Source of the DNA: an uncultured Acidobacteriota bacterium | Lineage (GTDB): Bacteria; Acidobacteriota; Thermoanaerobaculia; Multivoradales; JAHEKO01 | Assembly (NCBI GenBank): GCA_963713825.1 | Contig: CAVQNG010000022.1 | Location: 1-36,745 of the forward strand | Direction: 5' to 3' | Length of the DNA stretch: 36,745 nucleotides | Shown here: positions 9,991-17,768 of the stretch, one piece after another | Numbering within the stretch: the stretch's first letter is position 1 | How the letters are laid out: every line of letters begins with the position of its first letter | Translations under genes and position numbers: made by a program | Notes under the pieces: model-generated | What the model saw: only the letters and a program-made list of their open reading frames with translations | The model's database searches: none | What the model was told of the DNA's origin: nothing

Positions 9991-12288
9991 ATGATTGGCT
10001 CGACACTGTCGCACTTTCGAATTACCTCCAAGCTCGGTGAAGGCGGGATGGGTGTGGTTTGGGGAGCAGAGGACACCGATCTGCATCGACCTGTTGCTTT
10101 GAAGGTGCTCTCGGACGAGACGCTGGCCCGCGAGGACATGCGGGCCCGATTCATGCGAGAGGCACGCACGGCGGCGGCCCTCAATCACCCCAACATCTGC
10201 ACGATATACGAGGTCGGCGAAGTCGACCGGGTGCCCTTCATCGCCATGGAGCTCATCGAGGGATCGAGTCTCGAGAAGCGTCTGAGCGAGAGACAACTGG
10301 CTCTGTCTGAGCTCCTCCGGATCGCGACTCAGATCGCTGAAGCCATGGCGGCGGCCCACGCCGGTGGAATCGTGCACCGGGATCTGAAGCCAGGCAACGT
10401 CATGCTGACTGGAGACGGGCAGGTCAAGATCCTCGACTTCGGCCTCGCCAAGCCGCAGACGGCGCTGCTGGGTGGGGAAGGAGACGAGACCCTAGCCCAG
10501 CCCATATCGGCCGAGATGACGCAGCAAGGGACGATTCTCGGCACGGTTTCCTACATGTCTCCGGAGCAGGCCGCGGGAAGAGACGTGGACTCACGATCGG
10601 ACATCTTCTCGTTCGGAGTCCTGCTCTACCAGATGACGACAGGTCAGCTACCGTTCCGCGGTGACACTTCGACCTCGACCCTGGCCAAGATCCTCGAGAC
10701 CGAGCCGGAATCGATTTCGGCTGTGCGCCAGGGATTGCCACCGGATCTCGAGAGGGTCGTTCGACGTTGTCTGCAGAAACAGCCGGATGCTCGATACAAC
10801 GACACACGCGACCTGGTGGCTGAGCTGCGCGATCTCCAAACCACGGGTGAGAGCCAGGCGGCTGCACCGGTCGAGCAAAAAGGCGAGAGCAAGAAGATCC
10901 CAGCATGGATCTGGGGTGCAGCACTGGCTATCTTGGTGGCCGCTGTGGTCTTCCTTGCGGGGCCGTTTCGCAAGAGCGCCGTGGAGCCGGCGGCCCCCGA
11001 AGTGGTTGCCGTCGCAGAGATACCCTCGGTGGCTGTCCTGCCTTTCCACAATCTGAGCGCCGACGAAGACAACGCCTACTTCAGCGCCGGCATCACCGAG
11101 GAGATCATCAGCAAGCTCTCCCGCATCGATGGGTTGGAGGTCGCCTCCCGTAGCTCAGTTGCAGCGTTCACCGATACCGCCCGCGATGTGCAGCAGATCG
11201 GTCGAGATCTGGGCGTGCAGTATCTCCTCGACGGGAGCGTTCGACGCGCCGGCGATCAGGTTCGGGTCTCGGCGCAACTGGTCGACGGTTCGACCGGGCG
11301 CAATCTCTGGTCGGAGGATTTCGACGGTAACCTCGAGGACGTCTTCGCCATGCAGGAGAAGACCGCGCTCAAGATCGCCGAGCGATTGGATCTCGAGCTC
11401 AGCCCCGAAGAACAGCGCGACGTGCAACGCCATTTGACCGACAACGTGGCGGCTTATGACGCCTTTCTCAGAGGAATGTCACTGTCGCGCAGTTGGGGCG
11501 ATCGAGAGAGCCTGCAGCAGGCGGCGGAGCACTTCGCTCTGGCCCTGGAGCAGGACCCTGACTTTGCCGCCGCCATGGCAGGCTGGGCCTTCGTCGAGTC
11601 CGACATCTATCGAAACTTCGACACCACCGAAGACCGTATCCAGCATGCCGAGAGGCTGGCGGAAAGGGCTGTGGAGCTCGATCCCACGATGCCGGATGCC
11701 AGCCATGCCCTCGGACTCATCGCGGGCAACCGCTTCGACTACGAGCGGGCGTCGCGACTGCTCCGAGAGGCCGTGCGGCTAGATCCCAAGGAAGCCCGTT
11801 TCTGGGACAATCTCTCCTGGGCACTGGCATACGAGACGCCGCCCGATGGAGATGGAGCGGTCCAGGCGGCACGCGAGGCGGTTCGCCTGCAGCCGATCTT
11901 CCCCGGTGCCTACTATCACCTGGGCCGCGGTCTAATCGCCCAGGGGAAGTACGAAGAGGCGCGACAGGCCTTCGAGACGTCTCTCGAGCAGAATCCCAGA
12001 TTCAGCTCTGGGCACTTGGGGCTGGCCCAGGTCCATTTGGCTCTCGGAGAGTGGGACGCTGCGTTGGCCGAGATCGAGAAGGGTGGCCTGAAGGACACGG
12101 CCATCGTTGCCTACTATGAGACTGCGGCCTTCGCCGGAAAGGGCGAGCTCGACGAGGCCTTGCAGTCTCTGGAGAGGACGCTCGAGCTCGACTACCGTGA
12201 CTTCGCAAATCTCAACGCCAGCCCCTACTTCGCGGCCCTTCGGGAAGACCCGCGCTTTTCTGAGCTCGTTGAGCGCTACCAGGGCTGA
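9991..12288 (+). CDS. Ser/Thr kinase with TM helix, TolB_N-like (SVAVLPF) domain and TPR repeats
   Basis: The start MIGSTLSHFRITSKLGEGGMG matches the paralogs. Motifs HRDLKPGN and DFG; TM segment WIWGAALAILVAAVVFLA; SVAVLPFHNLS...LDGSVRRAG domain; TPR repeats. Confidence 0.95.
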   Translation: MIGSTLSHFRITSKLGEGGMGVVWGAEDTDLHRPVALKVLSDETLAREDMRARFMREARTAAALNHPNICTIYEVGEVDRVPFIAMELIEGSSLEKRLSERQLALSELLRIATQIAEAMAAAHAGGIVHRDLKPGNVMLTGDGQVKILDFGLAKPQTALLGGEGDETLAQPISAEMTQQGTILGTVSYMSPEQAAGRDVDSRSDIFSFGVLLYQMTTGQLPFRGDTSTSTLAKILETEPESISAVRQGLPPDLERVVRRCLQKQPDARYNDTRDLVAELRDLQTTGESQAAAPVEQKGESKKIPAWIWGAALAILVAAVVFLAGPFRKSAVEPAAPEVVAVAEIPSVAVLPFHNLSADEDNAYFSAGITEEIISKLSRIDGLEVASRSSVAAFTDTARDVQQIGRDLGVQYLLDGSVRRAGDQVRVSAQLVDGSTGRNLWSEDFDGNLEDVFAMQEKTALKIAERLDLELSPEEQRDVQRHLTDNVAAYDAFLRGMSLSRSWGDRESLQQAAEHFALALEQDPDFAAAMAGWAFVESDIYRNFDTTEDRIQHAERLAERAVELDPTMPDASHALGLIAGNRFDYERASRLLREAVRLDPKEARFWDNLSWALAYETPPDGDGAVQAAREAVRLQPIFPGAYYHLGRGLIAQGKYEEARQAFETSLEQNPRFSSGHLGLAQVHLALGEWDAALAEIEKGGLKDTAIVAYYETAAFAGKGELDEALQSLERTLELDYRDFANLNASPYFAALREDPRFSELVERYQG

Positions 12289-12321
12289 ACCAGGCTGACT
12301 TGTCGTTGGATTTTGGATTCG

Positions 12322-12343
12322 CTGGCGCTGGGAACCGCGCCAG
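12322..12343. terminator. Hairpin between two convergent kinase genes (possible terminator or stabiliser)
   Basis: ctggcgc-N8-gcgccag stem-loop with no clear U tract. Confidence 0.35.
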
Positions 12344-12360
12344 ACACCTGGTCCGGGAAC

Positions 12361-14667
12361 TCACCCTGCTCGATCGATGTGTGGGATGTTCGCCTTTTCC
12401 AGCAGCGCTTTGAACCTGGGCTCGGAGCGCAGGTTGTCGAGGAGCGGCCAGTTGAGGAACGAGATCAGCGGGTTGCGCTCGTCGTAGGCCTTCTCCAGCC
12501 AGCCGAGCGCGGCCTCCTTATCGCCCAGGCCGGCGTGACCCCAGGCGAAGAACATGGCCGAGACGTACTGACCCGCGGCTCGCGCCTCGAGCTCGGCGAG
12601 AATCTCTTCGGCAAGGCCACGCTCCCCGGCGGCACCATAGGTATAGGCCAACCATCCCAGGTAGTAGGAGCCTCTCCCCGATAGAGAAGTCGCCCGCTCC
12701 ATCGTCGCAATGGCTTCGTCGTGCCGACCGCTCTTCGAGTAGGCGCCGCCGAGAACCCAATGGGTGAAGAGGAAATCGCTCTCCATCTCGAGGGCTCGAC
12801 CGAGCGCCGGCAGGGCCTCCTCGTTCTTGCCGGCCACGAAGTGTGCCAGGCCCAAGCAGGTGTTGGCATAGGGTGAGAGTGGATCGATTTCGAGTGCCTC
12901 TGTAATCATCGACACGGCCTCGTCGTATCGATGGGCAAAGCTGAGCAGGAAGCTGTACCAGCACCTGGCCAGCGCCGCTTCGGCATTGACCTCGATCGAG
13001 CGTCGGAGGCTCGACTCGGCCCTTTCGAAGTCCCACTCGAGCCAGAGCTGGATGAGCGCCCTGGCGGCGTGAAGCTCGGCCAGGTCGGGCTCGAGCTCGG
13101 TGGCGCGGTCGATGGCGGCCTGCGCCTTGGCGAGTGCGACGCCTGGATCGAGTCCGTAGAAACCCAGGCTGCTGTAGGCGTTGGCCAGTCCGGTGTAGGC
13201 GAGGGTGTAGGAGGGATCCTTCCGGGTCGCCTGCTCGAAGAAGGCCGCGGCCTTCTCGAGCGAGCCAACCTCCCGCCGGTACCAGTTGTGTTGTCCCTTG
13301 AGATACAGATGATAGGCCTCGAGGTTGTGGGTTTGACGCTTGCTGGGCTTGGTATCGGCCGCACCACCTACCTGTCCCCGGAGGACCTCGGCGATGCTCT
13401 CGGAGATCTCGTCCTGGACAGCGAAGACGTCCTTCATGTTGCGGTCGTAGCGCTCCGACCAGATGTTGAATCCGTCCTCGACGTTGATGAGCTGGGCGGT
13501 GACGCGCAATTGGTCGCCAGCGGTCTTGACGCTGCCATCGAGGAGCATCGTGACGTTGAGAGCCTGCCCGACCTGCCGGGTGTCGTGGGCCTGATCCTTG
13601 AAATGGAACGCCGAGCTTCGGGAGGCGACCCGCAAACCTGCGATCTGGGTCATGGCATTGAGGATCTCTTCGGCCATGCCTTCACAGAAATACTCCTGGT
13701 CCCGCTTGGGGCTCAAATCGCGGAAAGGTAGGACGGCGATGGAAGGTGCGACGTCAACCTCACCTATCGGCTCAGTTGGCGGCGGGGATGCCGCGGGCTC
13801 GTCCGGCCGGCTGTCCGAGATGGCCTCCAAAGCGAACGACAGATCTCGCACCGATTGAAAACGCTCACCGACATCCTTCTCCAGGCACCGGCGGATAATG
13901 CTCTCCAGGACCTGCGGCACCGAGGAGTTCGAGCTCGGGGGCATGGCTGGATCCTCACGCAGGATCGCACTGAGAATGTCCGCGGAGGAATCGCCGGGAA
14001 AGGCCCGGGTACCGTAGAGCATCTCGTGGAGGAGGGTGCCGAAAGAGAAGATGTCGGAGCGGTGGTCGGATTCGTGCCCCCGGGCCTGCTCGGGAGACAT
14101 GTACCCTATCGTTCCCATTACCGTACCGGGTTGGGTGTGCTGGGTCAGCGTCGCGAGCGTCGCGCCATCGCCAGTTGGTGCTCGACGGTCGCTCCACTTC
14201 GCCAATCCGAAATCGAGGATCTTGGCGCGACCGTCTCGAGTGACGAAGATGTTCTCGGGCTTGAGGTCTCGGTGCACGATGCCCTTGTCGTGGGCCGCGG
14301 CCAGCCCGTGCGCAATCTCGACAGCAAGGCCGAGCGCTCTGCTGGTGGTCAAGCTGTCGGACTCGAGCCGCTCTCGGAGAGTCTGGCCTTCCAGTAGCTC
14401 GGTGACGGCGTACCCAAGACCCTCTTCGTTGCCGATGTCGTAGAGCGCCAGGATGTTGGGATGGGCGAGAGCCGCGACCGCCCTCGCCTCGAGCTCGAAT
14501 CGCTCGAGCGCCCTTGGCTCCTGAGCCACCTTGGCAGGCAGCACCTTGACCGCGACTTCACGCCCCAGACGGGTATCGCGGGCCCGATAGACCTCACCCA
14601 TGCCGCCCGCACCGAGGGAGTCGAGAACCTCGTAGGGTCCCAGTCGAGTTCCTGCTGCCAGGGCCAT
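12361..14667 (-). CDS. Cytoplasmic Ser/Thr kinase with TolB_N-like domain and TPR repeats
   Basis: Start reassigned to ATG 14667 (MALAAGTRLGPYEV). Motifs GAGGMG, VAVK, HRDLKPEN and DFG; SIAVLPFRDLS domain; TPRs. No TM segment between the kinase and the sensor. Confidence 0.93.
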   Translation of the reverse strand: MALAAGTRLGPYEVLDSLGAGGMGEVYRARDTRLGREVAVKVLPAKVAQEPRALERFELEARAVAALAHPNILALYDIGNEEGLGYAVTELLEGQTLRERLESDSLTTSRALGLAVEIAHGLAAAHDKGIVHRDLKPENIFVTRDGRAKILDFGLAKWSDRRAPTGDGATLATLTQHTQPGTVMGTIGYMSPEQARGHESDHRSDIFSFGTLLHEMLYGTRAFPGDSSADILSAILREDPAMPPSSNSSVPQVLESIIRRCLEKDVGERFQSVRDLSFALEAISDSRPDEPAASPPPTEPIGEVDVAPSIAVLPFRDLSPKRDQEYFCEGMAEEILNAMTQIAGLRVASRSSAFHFKDQAHDTRQVGQALNVTMLLDGSVKTAGDQLRVTAQLINVEDGFNIWSERYDRNMKDVFAVQDEISESIAEVLRGQVGGAADTKPSKRQTHNLEAYHLYLKGQHNWYRREVGSLEKAAAFFEQATRKDPSYTLAYTGLANAYSSLGFYGLDPGVALAKAQAAIDRATELEPDLAELHAARALIQLWLEWDFERAESSLRRSIEVNAEAALARCWYSFLLSFAHRYDEAVSMITEALEIDPLSPYANTCLGLAHFVAGKNEEALPALGRALEMESDFLFTHWVLGGAYSKSGRHDEAIATMERATSLSGRGSYYLGWLAYTYGAAGERGLAEEILAELEARAAGQYVSAMFFAWGHAGLGDKEAALGWLEKAYDERNPLISFLNWPLLDNLRSEPRFKALLEKANIPHIDRAG

Positions 14668-14844
14668 TGTGCGGCCTAGTCTAGCGCAGGCTCTTGGCTT
14701 GCATGAACAAGGGGGTACTGACGGAACCTGACACACGTTTGGTGCACCATGGGCTCGAGGCTGGAAGGTGCCACCCTCTTTTCGTTGGCAATCCGAGGCG
14801 TGCCTAGCACCTATGACGGGTCGAGAGGCCGGAGAGGAGGTCCC

Positions 14845-15849
14845 ATGGAAGCGCAAGGCATGGTGGACACAGTTGGGTCGGCGAAGCAGTGGCTTCGGAC
14901 GGTGACGATCGGCGCGGGGATGCACAGCAAGAACCTGACGATCTTTCCGCTCTACTGGAGGGGTGACGAAGCGATCGCGAGCCACGAGGCGCCGCCGAGT
15001 TGGGGTGATGATGAGGTCGGGGATCGCAAGAAGGTCCGCTATCAGTTGCTCGCGGATGCCATCGAGGCGAAGCAGGCGAGGGTGGAGGAGACGAGCGAGG
15101 CGGGAGATGTGCCCCTGCTGGCGGTTACGAACGACGGTGCAATGCCGATCTTGATCCCCGAAGGAGAGATCCTGATCGGCGCCAAACAGAACCGCACCGT
15201 GAATCTGACGCTGCTCGTGGCAGGAAAGACTCAGATGCAGATGCCGGTGAGTTGTGTCGAGGCTGGGCGGTGGAGCCGAAAATCACGCCACTTCGAGGCC
15301 AAGGCCTGGGCCCATCCGAAGCTGCGAGAGCTCAAAGTGCGTAGCGCCCAAATGTACCGTCGCGAGACCGGAATGGCCAGGGCCGATCAGGGTGCGGTCT
15401 GGAAAGAGGTGGACGATCACCTCGAGAGCTTCGACATTCCTGCTCCGACGCGGGACCTGGCGCTCAGCTTCGAGGAGCCAGCTGTGCACACGAGTGAGTA
15501 CCGCGAGTGGATCCAGCTACCCGAGTCGGCTTGTGGCTTTCTGGCGGCCCGAGGTGAAGAAGTGATCGGGCTCGATCTCTTCGACTCAGCCGAGACCCTG
15601 CAGAAACTCTGGCAGCGCATGTCGGATGCCTATTTCGTCGAAGCGGCGCGGGGCGACGACCGCTGCGAGAAGACTCCGAGCAAGGTGGCTAACGAGTTCC
15701 TGGCGTCGGTCGAAAAGTACCTGGCACCGGCCGAAAAGCAGCCCGAGCTCGGATTCGAAATGGAGCTGGTCGACGACGCTTTGTCAGGATCCGCACTGTG
15801 GTACGACGGTGCGGTCTGTCACCTGTCGGCCTTCAGCACCAACAACTGA
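14845..15849 (+). CDS. ARPP-1 / DUF6569-family protein
   Basis: Motifs NLTIFPL, GDVPLLAVTN, GEILIGAKQNR, VSCVEAGRW and QGAVW were recognised from memory as this family. GGAGAGGAGG SD precedes ATG 14845. Confidence 0.8.
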   Translation: MEAQGMVDTVGSAKQWLRTVTIGAGMHSKNLTIFPLYWRGDEAIASHEAPPSWGDDEVGDRKKVRYQLLADAIEAKQARVEETSEAGDVPLLAVTNDGAMPILIPEGEILIGAKQNRTVNLTLLVAGKTQMQMPVSCVEAGRWSRKSRHFEAKAWAHPKLRELKVRSAQMYRRETGMARADQGAVWKEVDDHLESFDIPAPTRDLALSFEEPAVHTSEYREWIQLPESACGFLAARGEEVIGLDLFDSAETLQKLWQRMSDAYFVEAARGDDRCEKTPSKVANEFLASVEKYLAPAEKQPELGFEMELVDDALSGSALWYDGAVCHLSAFSTNN

Positions 15850-15922
15850 GGCCCGCTCACTCGTCCGTCCTGGGTCACGATCGTTGAGAGGTCGGTCCGG
15901 GTGATCCGCGGGGGGACGGCAA

Positions 15923-15962
15923 TAGGGGCTTAGGGGCTTAAGGGCCTAGGGGCGTAGGGGAC
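15923..15962 (+). repeat. G-rich octamer tandem repeat (TAGGGGCT-like)x5, potential G-quadruplex
   Basis: taggggct taggggct taagggcc taggggcg taggggac gives five G3-4 tracts. Confidence 0.8.
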
Positions 15963-16100
15963 GGCCCCGTGCGGGAGTCTCAAGAAATCTTGTTGCTCTG
16001 GAATCAACAAACGGTGCAAGGCCGCGAACGAGGTCTCCAGCCGGAGGCCCAGGACGACGGGGGACAGCCTCGGGCGTGGCCTGTTTCGCCTTACGATTCA

Positions 16101-16196
16101 GGCCCCCAAGACCTCAAGGAACGACCTCGCGCAGCGCAGGTCGCTTCAACCCCCAAGCCCTCAAAGACCGGCCGAAGGCACGCCGGCTGCCTCAAC
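16101..16196. repeat. C-rich (CCYCAA-type) short repeats interleaved with two hairpins
   Basis: Repeat units cccccaag acctcaag and ccccaagc cctcaaag. Stems cgacct/aggtcg at 16122-16143 and ccggc/gccgg at 16168-16186. Confidence 0.5.
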
Positions 16197-16199
16197 CCG

Positions 16200-17666
16200 T
16201 CACCGCACCTTCGTTTCCCAGTTGCTGTGCTGCAGGAAGCGGGTGACGTTGCCGGTGTCGTCGACTTCGAAGAAGAACTCCTCGCCCAGGGATTTGTCGT
16301 CTTTGCGCACTCGGCGGAAGGTGTGATCACCGATCTTCTCGAGCTCGAAGAGGCTCTGCTTTGGGTCGCGGGTTCCCAATCCGAGGACGGCGAGCCCATC
16401 CTTCCATCGCAGGATCGCAGTCTGGCCCCAGGCGGAGTCGTAGACGCCAACATAGCGGGCCAGATCCGGGTCCCAGTCGGGTATGTCGTCGGGACTGTCT
16501 GTTGCGGCCTCGATCGCTGGAACGATGAGGTCCGCCGCTTTCTCGGCGTAGAAGGTCACGGGCGTGCCGATGGCACTGGCCAGGACGATGACGCCCAGCT
16601 TGTTCTTCGGCACCAGCAGGAACTGGCTGTAGTAACCGGGGCACCCACCGCTGTGGCCGACGAAGACGTGGTCGTTGCTCTTCCAGGTGCCGAAGCCGAG
16701 GCCGCGTTTTGTTTCCCAGTCGGGGTCCATCCACTGGACGCGTTGCATCTCACGCAAGGTGGAGGAGCGGAGGATCTCCTGGGTGTCGCTCCCCAAAAGC
16801 CGAAACTGCCACGACGCGAAGCTGGCGAGGTCCGGGACGGTCGAGGCGAAGCCGGCCGCTGGCGCGATACCGTGGGTCTGGAACATGGGTAGGCGGCGGC
16901 GCGAGCCATCCCGTTGCAGATAGCTGTGCCCAACCGCCATACGTTCACCCCATTCCGCCTCGGGGATGTCGGTGAAGGTGTCGTCCATCTCCAGGGGATC
17001 GAGAATCTGGGACTGAATCCGGTCGTGGTAGGCCTGGCCGGACACCTCCGCAACGATTTCGCCCACGAGGGTAAGCCCCAGGTTCGAGTACTGGAAGTAG
17101 CGCGAGGATGGGTAGAGCGTCGATTGGTTGGACAGCTGCTGGACGATCTGGTCGTGGGTTGGAAAGACGAAATCGGGATCCGACCAGTAGGGGAAGTCCG
17201 ATTCTCGCGGCAGGCCCGAGGAGTGACTCAGCAGTCGACGAACTGTAATGGCCTCGTCGTTGGGATGAGCGTCCTGGAGCGTGAACCAACTCAGATACTC
17301 GGAGACCGGAGCATCGAGGCGAACTCGATCCTGGTCGCGCAGCTGCATGAAGGCGACCGAGGTGAAGAGCTTCGAGATCGAGCAGATGCTGTAAATGGTC
17401 TCTGCAGTGGCTGGCGTGCCGGTGTCGGGGTTCGCCAGTCCGAAGCCGCGTGCTGTCAACAGTTCTTGATCGAGGACGACGCCGATCGATGCGGCCGGCA
17501 CGCGGCTGATGCCCAGCTGGTACTCGACCCAGGCTTCCCAGGCAGCGACCGCATCGCCAACGCGCGGATCGTCACCCAGCGACCGGGAGGCGGGTTCATC
17601 GTCGGAGGCGATGACGGGTGTGACAGCAATCAGAACCAGCAGTACGATCGACGTGAATCGGTGCAT
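16200..17666 (-). CDS. Secreted serine hydrolase, beta-lactamase class C / AmpC-like family
   Basis: Signal peptide plus SxxK (SISK), LLSHSSGL, YSN and HSG motifs, and a C-terminal accessory domain. Confidence 0.92.
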   Translation of the reverse strand: MHRFTSIVLLVLIAVTPVIASDDEPASRSLGDDPRVGDAVAAWEAWVEYQLGISRVPAASIGVVLDQELLTARGFGLANPDTGTPATAETIYSICSISKLFTSVAFMQLRDQDRVRLDAPVSEYLSWFTLQDAHPNDEAITVRRLLSHSSGLPRESDFPYWSDPDFVFPTHDQIVQQLSNQSTLYPSSRYFQYSNLGLTLVGEIVAEVSGQAYHDRIQSQILDPLEMDDTFTDIPEAEWGERMAVGHSYLQRDGSRRRLPMFQTHGIAPAAGFASTVPDLASFASWQFRLLGSDTQEILRSSTLREMQRVQWMDPDWETKRGLGFGTWKSNDHVFVGHSGGCPGYYSQFLLVPKNKLGVIVLASAIGTPVTFYAEKAADLIVPAIEAATDSPDDIPDWDPDLARYVGVYDSAWGQTAILRWKDGLAVLGLGTRDPKQSLFELEKIGDHTFRRVRKDDKSLGEEFFFEVDDTGNVTRFLQHSNWETKVR

Positions 17667-17768
17667 GATTTCCCTCGCTAGTGAACTGGTGGGTCAGGAC
17701 TTCTCCCACGGCTTGCTGTTGATGTAAGGAAGGGGCTCGCGCCTCTCTTGATCAGGTCGAGTCGATCC

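Noticed and set aside
14668-14985. Upstream extensions of ORF-track calls (12361-14985, 9904 start, 9928 start, 14749 start, 35745 start)
   Set aside because: Paralog N-termini and SD positions point to the shorter starts, and several extensions overlap divergent genes.
15923-15962. CRISPR array or true telomere
   Set aside because: The units are 8 bp with no spacers, no cas genes are present, and the repeat lies inside a bacterial intergenic region.
16200-17666. Antibiotic-resistance beta-lactamase
   Set aside because: The motifs fit the broad serine hydrolase (esterase/peptidase) family and nothing indicates beta-lactam specificity.
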